Assembly: GCA_043228905.1 (NCBI GenBank)
Contig: JBHGNT010000001.1
Location: forward strand, 17,236,001-17,300,000
Direction: 5' to 3'
Length of the DNA stretch: 64,000 bases
DNA from: Azolla caroliniana
Lineage: Eukaryota > Plantae > Polypodiophyta
In this document: one piece after another, positions 37,511-49,625 of the stretch
How positions within the stretch are numbered: the stretch's first letter is position 1
Layout: every line of letters begins with the position of its first letter
Notes under the pieces: generated by a model
Databases searched by the model: none
What the model saw: only the letters and a program-made list of their open reading frames with translations
Told to the model about the DNA's origin: nothing
Made by a program: the position numbers and the translations under genes

Positions 37511-40500
37511 TTTCGTGAAAATCCGTCACTATGTGCGGATCGTGAGGCAGTCGGGAAGGATGACTTCCTTCTCCACGAAGAAGAAGAAAGATTTTGGATG
37601 ATGCTTGAGAGACATGGGAAAGCCTTCTCCTTCTCTCCACAAGAAATCGGATGTGCCGATCCGAAGGTGATAGAGCCGATGGTGATATTTACGGTGTCGT
37701 ATGTACCTCGGAACCTCAAGGCGATACCGGTTCCAAGAGCTCATATTCCGAAGTTGATTGAGCTTCTAAAGGAAAAGGTTAGGATGGGAATTCTTGAGCT
37801 GTCCAATGCTCCCTACTCCAATAGATGGTTTACGGTGCCGAAGAAGAACGGGTCCTTACGCTTTATTCAAGATCTCCAACCCGTCAACAAGGTGACAATC
37901 CGAAATGTTGGAATTGGTCCAAGCGTGGATGAATTTGCCAAAGCCTTCACGGGAAGATCAATCTATTCCATTGCTGATCTCTACTCGGGCTATGATCAAT
38001 TTCAATTGGAAGTCGATAGTAGAGACATTACAACAATGAGGACACTGATCGGGTTGGTAAGGATGTGCACCTTACCCCAAGGTGCGACAAACTCCGTAGC
38101 CCACATGGTGAATGCCATGAACAAAGTGTTAAAGGATTGTATTCCTGATATCACAATGCCGTTCTTAGATGACATTCCGATCAAAGGATGCTCGGTGGAA
38201 GCAAAAGATGAATCTAAAGATGAAGATGGTTGCCGAAGATTCGTCATCGATCATATAAAGGATAGTGAGAAGGTGTTGCAAAAGCTTGAGGATGCAAATC
38301 TCACGTTTTCGGGAGAGAAGTCCGCATCTGGTCAACCAGAAATATTGGTAGTAGGACATTTATGTGGATCTTATGGCCGGAAGCCATCTCCATCCAAGGT
38401 GAATGCTATCCAAGAGATGAAAGAGTGTGGGTCCCAAACAGAGGTGAGAAGATTCTTGGGAGCATGTGCGTTCTACCACATATGGATTCCACACACTATG
38501 CCCATGTCGCTAAACCATTGTATGGACTACTAAAGAAAAGGAAGAAGTTTGAATGGGATGACGAGCATACCTACGCAGTTCAAAAGTTGAAGAAACTATT
38601 GTTGGAAGCTCTAGCATTGCGCGAAGCTGACTACACCGAAGGTACCCTGATATATGTGACAGTGTATACAAGCCCAACAGGAATTGGATAGGTGATTAAA
38701 CAAGAAGACAAAGACAAATCTGTATGCAATCCAATTTGGTGCAAAGGTGTTGACCGAAAGACAAAGAAAGTACACCCAGGTAAAGAGAGAGCTATGGGGG
38801 ATGGTATCCGCGGTTAAAACCGATCACAACTACCTTATCGGAACGGAAGTCATAATCGAAACTGATTGTCTACCTATTCTCAGGATGATATCCGGTTGTG
38901 CTACGCCGGATATTGCTATGCTACGATGGATTGCTTATATCAAGTCTCTCAACCCTGAGATTCGACATATAATTGGGAAACATAATATGGTGGCCGATAT
39001 GTTGTCAAGGGCAAGGTACAAGGGTGAAGAAGATTCGTGCTCCGATGAAGAGGATATTGGCCTAAACTTCTTTACGGTTTCTTGTGCTCGGGTGCTAGAG
39101 GTGTTTAAAGTAGAAGATTATGAGGGTGAATTCATCGAAATTGGCAAGTACTTAAGCTCTCTTACAAAGGATGAATCATAGTCAAAGGAAGACTTCTACC
39201 GAATTAGGAAGAAGGCCTACAAGTTCTTCCTCAAAGAAGGACATCTATGGAAGTTTCCAAAGAGGAAGAATGGAACTCCACTTCGAGTGGTGTGCAAGAA
39301 ACAAGATCAACAAATACTAATTTGGCCAACTTTTGCAAAGCTCAAGGAGAAGTATTGGTGGTTGGGTGTTTACAAAGATGTAGCAAGCTATTTTGAAACA
39401 TGTGTGCAATGCCAATTATACTCGAATGTTCAACATAGGGATGAACTTCATCCGACATATCCTAGCTACTGGGGGGGGATGCTATCAAAAAAAGGTACCC
39501 AATAAGTGTTTGGTAGACATAGTGGTTATGCCAATGGGATTGTGGGGTCGAGCACTAAGGAATAAAACAACTTTGGCAGTTTGAAAGTTTCTCCTTGAAG
39601 ATGTTATTTGTCAATACGGATGTGTTGGCAAAATAGTAGCCAATAGAGGAGAATTAGATACAAATGAAGCTAACGAGTTTTTCTCAAGGATAGGCGTCAA
39701 ATTATCACTTACTATGGCATACAACCCAGAGGCAAATGGAAAGGTGGAGCGGGGACATAGCCCAATTGTAAAAGCTCTAGCAAAGGCTTGCGATGGGAAG
39801 ATGGGGGACTGACCACGATGATTACCATATGCATTGTGGGCCAATAGAACTACACATAGCACGACTACAGGATATATGCCGGCCGAGCTCATATTAGGGC
39901 AAAAACCAATCATGCCTATCGAGCAAAGTGTTCCTCATGGACAACTTTGCCATGGCGAGAGGAGATGAGTCGAGAAGACTTGCTAGCTACAAGGATCCAA
40001 CAATTAGAACGGAGACCCAAAGATTTCAAGTTAGCAATAGAACGGTTACGTGAGGCTCGATTGAGGAACAAGGAGAATTTTGATAAAAAGCATCATCTTC
40101 GTCTAAGAAAAATTGAAGGAGATTGGGTACTTGTCTATGATAGCAGCCTTGATAATCATCATAGCACTACTAAAAAGTTCGTGAAACGATGGTTTGGCCC
40201 ATACGTGGTTAAGGAAATTGAAAAAAATGCAACCTATTTTCTAGCGGAGTTAGATGGAACTCGACTTGCTTTGCCGATTGCAGGGAAGAGAATCAGGATC
40301 TTTAAGAGAAGAGAGACAACAAGTCCTCAAATCGAACCTCTAGACTTCGAGGTTCAAAAAGAATAAGCAATAGTGGCTAACAATCATTGGCACATTCCAG
40401 AGGATGTGCAGGGTTGGTGGGGGTGGAACTTTATTATGTCGTGAAAATCCCTCACATTAGGTTAATCTCTGATCCGTGGTCTATAAGAACTGCAACCGTC

Positions 40501-41795
40501 TCTTTCTTCTCTCCAAGCTTCACCGAAGTTTTCATTGTCGATCTCGCCCAATGGGGTCTTGTATAATGACTATCCACTAGATCTTCTTATTTCTCTTCCG
40601 TTCTTGCCATAGTTATGGCATTGGTTGTCACCTTTGTCGAAATTCCCTCTTCCTCATCCGCGTGTTGTCTTTTACGTTTGATAAGATTGACGATGGTCTC
40701 ATGGAACTCCTTTGCAATTCCAAGTAGTTCTCTCAATGTAAGGTCAATACGGCTATCGAGCACTCTTTCTTCAAGAACCTTTCTTAAGTTAGTTGTTTGT
40801 TCAATATCCGACCTTAATTTGTATGTTGGCGTCGATCTATCCTTCCCCTTCTTGGCATTCTCTTCAATGGGTTGAGTTGGTTCCTCGGCTCTCTTGTTTG
40901 AGCTTCCATCTTCTTGACGTGTGGTCTTGATCATCTCTTCCTTCTTCTTAAAGCTTCTTGTGTCATGTTTCTTAGAAGGGCCTTCATCTAGATTCGTCCT
41001 CTTCCACTTCTCATCCACAAACACTTCATGGGTTTCGCATATGACCTCTGCGGAGATCGTGTTGTTATCAACAGGATCTGCCCACCCGGTAAGGTCTCGT
41101 ACATGAAGGTTGTCTAGATTTGCATCATCCGAATTAATCTTCCCTTATTTTTGTGTATTCGAGGACGGTCAGCCAAAACCTCGTTCCTGATTTAATCATT
41201 CCAAGCTTCTCCTTCCCGATTCTTATACCGGTGGATGCGGCATAGTGTATAACTTCAACATGGCTCGCATCGGCCTCATCTATGATTTTCTTTAGACCCC
41301 CCCTACCGAAAGTCACTTGCAAGGGCTTTCAAGTCTCACTTGAGTGTATAATGTTGCCTTCCATGTAGACGAGGTTTTGTCGAATTGCCTCTTGAAGGCT
41401 AGCACAATCTTTCCTTGCATGATCAACACTATCACACCATACACATCTATATGGGTCTTTCCATTTCGGCCCTCTACAACTCATATTAGCCAACAAAACC
41501 ACTTCGAATTTTCATGTCAACTTTTCAATGACAGAGTTATCCATCGCTCTTTCAGTCGGCTCGCTTTGCTTTGTCATCTCAATTGCTATTGGAGCCTTCC
41601 TTTTTTGGACTACCGGGCCCACGATGTTGGAATCCTCTAGCCATCGACAACGTTTGTCAAATCCATCACATGCTCTTTTTACCACAACCCAATCCATTAT
41701 GAGACCATTGGGTTGTGCTTCGTCCTCTAATAGACTACCTAGTTCTCGTCTATCTTTTGCATCCATTGCCTTTAAGAAGTACAAAACTTTATCTC
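37511..41795. mobile_element. Element H: rearranged Phygy-like element (LTR stub, pol on +, PPT, LTR stub, gag-DUF4100-protease on -)
   Basis: Stubs TTTCGTGAAAATCCGTCAC 37511 and TGTCGTGAAAATCCCTCAC 40437; RT PFLDDIPIKG; VLIDHGSEINLM on minus at ~40456-40490. Confidence 0.75.
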
Positions 41796-43490
41796 TGTAA
41801 TGAATCGGATATGATTCTTGTGTAGCGGAAGATATGTGTGTTATGTGTATGTGTGAGACGAATTAGAGAAGAGAATAGAAACACAAGATAGATAATCTAG
41901 AGAAATGAAATACTCAAGAAGAAGATGTATATTCAAAGTAGAATGAGAAATGAAAATGTAGCATTACAAGGAGTCACAACCAACTTAGTATGAAGTATGA
42001 GGAGGGTGCTTTATATAGAGTCACCCTCTCTCTTCATTAACTTTACAACAACCACTCTCTCTCTCTTGGGGAATGTGAAGACTCATAGTCATGGGGAATA
42101 TGTAACTCATTAGTTATGTGTCATAGAATATGATTCTATGACACATAGTTAATGTGTAGAGAGTAGTGGTGTGACTCTTGACCTTTGAGTAATCATAGAA
42201 TCTCAAAAGGTGTGTTCACACGTTGTGCTATGTTGAGCTTGATTCTCAACACACCCCTTCAAGATCAACTCGGGTTGGTTCCTTTCAATTGATGTCCGCT
42301 TCGGTTGGTATCCGGTTCGGACGATCTCCGGTGTCTGCTTCGGCTCGTACCTTGTTCGGACGGTATCCGGTTCTTGCTTGTACTCCCCCTCAATCTTGGC
42401 AAGTCAGGGATCGTCAATCCAAGGTCTGACATGAATTGCCGAAGCTTGTCGCCTCTTAAGGCTTTGGTGAAGATGTCGGCCGTCTGGAGATTCGTATTGA
42501 TGTGTTGAAGGTCGACATCTCCGGCTTGTACGCGCTCTCAAATGAAGTGATAGTGCACTTCGATATGCTTTGTGCATGCGTGGAACACTGGGTTCCGAGC
42601 CAAATATATACTGCTCATGTTGTCGCAGTAAAGGGGAGTTGGATCCTTGATGGGAACGCCCAGATCCTTCAAAATCCTTTTGAGCCATACAGCTTCACAT
42701 GTAGCTACGGCTATGCCCTTGTATTCTGCCTCCGTACTCGAAAGAGGGACGGTAGGCTGCTTCTTGCTACTCGAAAGAGGGACGGTAGGGAGAAGAAAAA
42801 TCCGGAAGTCGATCGTCGATCGGCTTTGTTTCCTGCCCAGTCCGCGTGTGTGTACCCTTTGAGTCGTATTTGTCTGGCCGATGCGTAAAGAACGTCGTAA
42901 TCCATTGTGCCACTCACGTATTGTAATACTCGCTTAGCGCAATCAAAATGGATATCTTGCGGAGTTTGCATGAATTGGCTAAGGAATCCGACTGGATAGC
43001 TAAGGTCAGGTCGAGTGATCGTGAGATAGATGAGGCTCCCGATCAGTTGATGATATTGGGTCGGCTCACACTCTTCTGTGCCACAGTCGGCATCCAATTT
43101 AAGGTTTCGATCGAGAGGGGTTGCCACAGATTTACACTGAGCCATCCCGAACTTGTATAACAAGTTGAGGATGTAGTGCTATTGGGAGATCATGATGCCG
43201 GCCGGAGTTTGAATTACCTTGATGCCTAGGAAGTAATGAAGCTCCTTCATGTCCATCATCTCGAATTTGTTGGAGAGGAGGGACTTCACCTTGTTGATGT
43301 CGACGAAATGCTCACCTCCAATAACTAGATCATCCACGTACAGAGGATGATGACAATTAGGCTTCTAGAGTCGTGGCGTACATAGAGGGAGTTGTCGGAT
43401 TTCAACATTCGAAAGCCGATTTGATGAAGATAGTGTGTAATCTTCGAATGCCAAGCATGTGGTGCTTGCTTGAGGCCGTAGAGAGGCTTC
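41796..43490 (-). mobile_element. Element I: Copia 3' fragment (RT, RNase H, 3' LTR)
   Basis: LYVDDLVI, LIYLTITRPDLSY, KHIEVHYHFI, ADIFTKAL; PPT-like 42252-42263; LTR 41796-42251. Confidence 0.85.
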
Positions 43491-46400
43491 GAGCTTATAA
43501 GTGACCAAGGAGGACACTTTCTCGGGCAGGTAGTAGAAAGCCTGACGTCATTTTATGCGGTGGTACATAAAAGGAGTACTCCCTACTACCCTCAAGCCAA
43601 TGGAATCGCGGAATCGACGAACAAAACTCTACAGAACATCCTACGAAAAACCGTCAACGAGAACCGGACCGACTGGGATACGAAATTGCAGAGCGCGCTA
43701 TGGGCGTACCGAACAACGTACAAAACCAGCATCCAGACAACCCTGTTCCGACTAGCATTCGGTTTAGAAGCGGTCATGCCGGTAGAGTTCCAGATCCCCA
43801 GCTTACGGATCCAGGTAAAAGAGCGTTTAAGTGAGAAGGAGTTCGAACGAATCCGGCTGGCGACGTTGTTGGAATTAGAAGAAAACCGAATAGCCAGCTT
43901 ACTACAACTCGAACTGGAGCAAAGGAGGAGAAAAGCTTTCGTGGACCGACACCGGCGTGGCAACGAAAAGGAGTTCGAAGTCGGGAAACCGGTGCTACTG
44001 TTCCAGACACGGATGGGGAACATGCCGGGAAAGTTGCGGTTTCGGTGGACCGGACCGTTCTGGATCACCAAGGAGTACAATGGGTCGTATCAGCTCGGCA
44101 CGTTGTCTGGAGAAGTCATCGGTAAGTGGGCAAATGGGTTTTGGCTAAAGTCGTATAAGGGAAATATGCGAGCCAACCCGTTCAAGCAAAACCAGGAAAT
44201 CGGGCACGATGAGGAACCGACATCGACAGACGCTGCTGCAGATATCCGGACCGAGGAAGAACCGACACCGACAGACGCTGTTGCAGATGTCCGGACCGAG
44301 GTAGAACCGACACCGATACTGACAAAGACTATCCCGGAAAACCGACAGAAGGATCCGGTATCAGCGCGAACCGACCCGAACAAATCGGGGGGGACCAGAA
44401 AATGACGTGGTCCAAACAAACAGAAAAAAAAAAAGAAAAAAGAAGAAGAAGAAATCAGAGTAATGATGGGGAGATCACAAGAGGTGGGAGCGCCACCATG
44501 CAACGAAGAGGCGCCATGCAGTAAAGGAGGACGTGCGCGTACTTGCTATTTAAAGCATGGAACGTGGGCACCGACATACGAGGTATTACTCACATGCGGC
44601 AAGCAAGAAAGGACATACTAATTATGGCGGGAGATAGACATGCGCGGGAAACGAAAAAGGGCGGCTCGAAGCAAAAGCCACTATATAAGACACAGGCCTG
44701 TGAAGGACTTACTTTTTACGAATTTTCCTACACACAGGCGCAGAAGCACAGAAGAGCGATCCGACGCACACCGCACACACATCCTGATCCCGACCAGACA
44801 GCAGAAGAAGAATTCGAACCAATGGGACTGTCGGAGGAGGCATGCCAATGGATGAGGGAGAACGGGTTAGAAGGATTGCTGCGGATCGCCGACGCTCCGA
44901 CACACGCAGAACCAGAGCAGGCGGCAACATCGATTGATTTATCAGAAATCATGGAAGGAGCGGTGCAGGCGCTCACGGGGATAAAATCAGGAGGACTTCA
45001 AACGATCGAAAACCCTTCAAGTGAAATCCTGTTCGAATATTTCGGTGAGTATTCCATCAGCAGCAAGGCGTACCGAACACAGGGCGGAGAGAACTTGCTG
45101 TTCAGAGAAGTGGCCCGCGCCATGATGGAATACGGATTCGTGAATTCTCGTCCCCCGGCCGTAGCCAGGTACCGGGCAGCGTTCTTAATTGCAACGTACA
45201 AAGGATTACAAGTGGACTGGCTCCATTTCATAACCGAAGGATTGAAGGAGGCCATCAAGAACCTTGTGGAAGGAAAAAAGCCATGGGCCGGGATAGCACA
45301 ATGGCTAACGGTGCTAGTCCCACCGGTGCTTCCCATCAAACAAAAGAAAAGAGGTCGGCAGGAGACGACGCCGAAAAAGGTCATAAAGCGCCGACATATC
45401 CTGGAGAAACACACCCCCGGATGGACCCAGGAAGAAGCAGAACAGCGGGAGGAAGGACCATCCCGACACAGCCTGAGTTAAGGAGTAGAAGTGAGCAATT
45501 CTACCCCGACACAGGAAGCACAAAGCCACAATGGCTGAGATGGCTTTCGGAGCAGGTATCGGGAATAGCGAACCAGTTAGAGGAAGAAACGTGTAAGCAA
45601 CATCTGACGCATACAACAACTCAGGAGTTGGCCGCGCTCCGAACACAGATCGATGAAATGCAAGGGGAGCTGTTGCAGGCAAGGGAAGGAATTCAACAAG
45701 CACAAGTTGTCACCGAGCCGGTCGGGACAACAAGGAAGCAACCAGAACCAGAACCGGAACCGGTAGCCTTACAAACCGGCCTTGAGACCGAAAAAATAAT
45801 AGAAACCTTGCGAGAGGAGTTAAAAGCTGAGGAGGCATTAAGGGAAAAAGAAAGGGAGCAGCGGAAAGCGGTGGAGGACGACAGCCGGAAAATGGAAGAA
45901 GGCCTCCGGAAAGGCCGAGCCACTAATGACCGACTGCAAGAAGAAAAAGAGAAGCTACAAAAGGAGAAGGACCGGCTGCGTCGACAGGCCGAGCAGGAGA
46001 TAGAACGACTGCAGGAGGAACTCCGACAACAGAAGGACCGGGACGATCAGTTAAGAGCTCAGGTAAACTGACGCCTGAAGCAGAAGACGGAGGACTTCGA
46101 CCGACTCTACCGAGATCACAAGCAGGCCGAGTCAGACAACAAGAAACGGGCAGCTGACTACGACCGACAAATAGAGAAGCTGAAAGAACAACTCAAAGAG
46201 ACCCGATTAGACCTGGCTAAGACAATGGACGAGGTCAGTGCCAAAAAGGAAGCATTGTCGGCGGAAATAACCCAAGCGACGGAGAGAAGGAAGGAATTAG
46301 AGGCGCTAAGGCGGGAAAAGCTGGATCTGACCAAGATCAGGAATGAAGAAAAGGAAAGATCGACCTTCACGATCAACAAACTGCAAAGTACCTATGAAAA

Positions 46401-47747
46401 GAAAAAAGCGGATTACGAAGCCCAGGCTCAGATAATGGCCGACATTATAAAACGGGCAAGGAAGGAAAAGCAAGAAGCTTATGCGCATGCTAAGGCGGGG
46501 GTTGACTGGATCAAGCTCATCATGTCAGGTTGGAGTACCCGAGCTCAGGCAAGCATCAACGAAAGTACGGAAAAGGTATGGAAGGAGTGGTCACAACAGG
46601 CAGCCGAGCTGCAGACACTCCGAGCTGATGCCGAGAATCGGAGGAAGACCGGTGACAAGTTCTACAAGAATGGATGAAGAAAGTATCGTCGCCATTCGGG
46701 AAGAATTGTCAGAGGATTTCTACGCTTTAGCCGAAGAACATCTCAAAGAAATCCGAGGGTTGGTAGAGAGGTTGGATGACGGGCAGCTCGCAACTCAGTT
46801 GGAGTTGGAGAAATACGAGCAGGACCGGTTACGACAGGAAGCCAAGGGAAGAACGACGCCAATCACTATAAGTGAGGGAGAGCGACCGGCTGAAGCTGAA
46901 CAAACCGACACCGAACAACCCCGACAAGGAATACCCGAAGAAGAACTTCTGTTCGAAGGAAATCAAGAAGAGCAGGTGCAGACCGATGCCGGGGATGAAG
47001 AAGAGTTGAGACCGGAAGACACCTAAGCAGAGGAAGAAGGCGCACCGAGCCGACCAGTTGAGACTGGAGAAAGCGACACTGGTAATAGAACAGAGCCTGG
47101 AACGGAGGGAGAACAGGAAGAATCCGGACGGAGCGGAGAGGAAGCACCGGCACCACAGAATCAAGCAAAGCCGGAGCAACAAATTTTTATGGAACAGCCA
47201 ACCCAACCGGAGGTCGGAGACCAGCCAGGCAAGGAACAAGAATTGGAGGAAGAAGCACCACTTGACACCTTCGAGCAGAGTGTGCTCGATATTTTGGAGG
47301 AAGAATGAGGCCGGGAGTGGATTCGAAGTGCAAGGCACTTTCCCACGGGCGTGCCATGTGTTGACCAGTCAGAAGAGCAAGGGCAAGTGGGAAGGTGGAG
47401 TCGGATCGGATAATAGGAAGTAAATAATAGTATAATTATTATTCGGAGGGACGGATCCGCTATAGTTGTACCGATCCGGATCCGGACCGATTCGGATGCC
47501 GGTTGCCTAAGCGCACCGATTGTAACCTTGTCGGATGCCTATAAAAGGATCCGATGATTTGTAAAGGCTTGACGGAAGTAATACAAATAGAATTATTGCG
47601 TGTTTATCTGTATCTTTGTATTGTTTTACCGTCTGTGCTTAGTGTAATCATCTTACGCGTGTAACCTAGCATCCAATCCTTACCACCCCTTTGGAGAAGT
47701 GTCGGATAGACACCTGTGTTGAGGCTAGTCCAGCCAGGCAGACAACA
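43491..47747 (+). mobile_element. Element F: Athila-like Gypsy 3' half (integrase, accessory ORF, 3' LTR)
   Basis: ELISDQGGHF...STPYYPQANG...WTGP close to D; accessory ORF ~44820-47308; LTR 47359-47747 (TGTTG...CAACA, TATA ~47540). Confidence 0.85.
44211..44318 (+). repeat. 45-bp coding tandem repeat (~2.4 copies) in the F integrase tail
   Basis: EEPTSTDAAADIRTE / EEPTPTDAVADVRTE. Confidence 0.85.
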
Positions 47748-49625
47748 GGTCTTCCGTCTTCTTCACCATCGCGATTTTCAGATTCTCCATCTCCTTCAGC
47801 AATTTCTCCACTGTGGTTGCGTCAATTCCCTTCTCGATCGTAGTCTCCCGATCCCGTGGTTGATGGTTTTCCTATCCGGATCTCGGTTTCGGAATCGGTT
47901 CCGAAACCCTCTTTTCTTCGTTGCCAAGCCATTGCCCCCTCTTTGTGTATCGCGCGACGATATCCCGCATGCTTTCCCATGTTTTGGTGATGCCACTCTT
48001 GGTAATCGTGTCCGCTAGAAGCACTCCAAGATTCTTCCGGTCCCGGACGTCTACGGCTCGTAAGAACATGATAACTTTGTCGTGTGTAAGGACAACTTGA
48101 TCTCTCACAGACAACCCCCCGAACCGACTTTCGAATGCCGAAAACACATCGAGGACCTTCATCCCCTTGTCCGGTGTTTCCACCCAATCCTCGAATCCTC
48201 TCCGTGTTGCCTTGTAGGAGTCCTCGATAGCGAACGTGGTCTTTAGCGCCTCTTCAAACGCTTCCCACGTCGGATTTTGTTGTCGTAGCCCGTGGATACT
48301 TCCTTGAAGCCCGTCGGTAGCGACCCGGTTGAAGGATGTCACTTACAATCCTTCCGAAATACCGCACCGTATCATTTCCGCCTTGTAGTCCCGAAGATAG
48401 CATGATACGTCCTTTCCGTTGAATTGCCTGATCCGTTGCATGAGCCGCTCTGCCGCTGCTATCTCCGACATCGCACGTTGTTCATGAAGCATCTGCTTGA
48501 ACATCATCATCATGTTGTTAGCCTCCGGTTGATTTTCCATCTCCTTGCCACCCGTGTTCACGTTGGGTTCACCACTTGTGTCGTGCCTTTCGGCGTCGGA
48601 TCGTTGCGTGAGTCGAGTGGGAACCGCTGAGGTTTTGGACTAGGAGAAAAGAAAATTCTAAGGCAATTAAGAATATGAAATATATTGTAAGAAAGAAAGA
48701 TATAAAAAACTTGTGAATCACACGAGTATAGTGTATTAGTGAGTACTCAGATTAAGAGAAAAACTAGTTAGCAAATTTGTGAATCCCACGATTATATTAT
48801 ATTAATCCACCCTTGTAAAATAAGCAACAACCCCCCATACATCTTTCTCTCCTCCTTATATAAGGATGGAAGAGGCTAAACATAGCTTCATGATTTTTCT
48901 AAAGTGTTCATGCACACTAAATGTGCATGAGTTGCCTTTTTACACTATGCTTTTATTTCCTAAATATGGTGCTCATGCTCGCTAGATATGCACGAGCCAT
49001 TTTTTATTGGTGTACATTTTTCTTATAAAGAAAGTATTCACGCATTCTAAAAAAATGCATGACTTTGCTTTTAATAAAGGTAGGCGTAAATAAAGGTCTT
49101 ATATGTATTAAATCTTAGATTTAAAATAGTTAGGATGAGTTAGTACAATGGTAAAGCTAGCATTTGTCTACGTGAAGGTACAAGGTTCGAATCTTGCCCT
49201 ATGCACGAGTCGACTTTTCTTTTCCTCCCTATTTCCGTTTTCTAGCTTCAAATTTCATATGCAAGATATTCATGGAAAGCTCTTTGGGCTACCTTTCTTA
49301 TGCATCTTTTCTTTTCTAATTTGGACATCTGACGAGGAAATTATGAGCTTTTTTCTCTACTGTGCTCCTCATATCCACACGTGCTTTTTTTTCTCTCTCT
49401 CCATCTTTTACTCTACTTTTGAAAACCGCCTCTAACTTAATATTCATCATTATTTATTGTAAGGTTCAATCCTTTGACCATTTATTTATAAGGAATTATC
49501 TTTGGAAAATGGAAAAGTATTTTTTTCTACCAATAAAGTTGACTTCACAATACTAGTTTATTTGAACTACAATTTTACTTCTTTTCAAGGGTGGTTTCAA
49601 ACTATGTGTTAGAAATATCATGACA
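47748..49625 (-). mobile_element. Element C': diverged C-family 5' fragment (1047-bp LTR, PBS-Trp, gag), interrupted by F
   Basis: LTR 48579-49625 shares TGTCGTGCCTTTCGG, CATGCAC palindromes and the A/B-box cassette with C; gag FNGKDVSCYLRDY. Confidence 0.85.

Noticed and set aside
41796-43490. Element I as the missing RT/RNase H of element J
   Set aside because: Its LTR is not alignable with the J LTRs beyond the termini.
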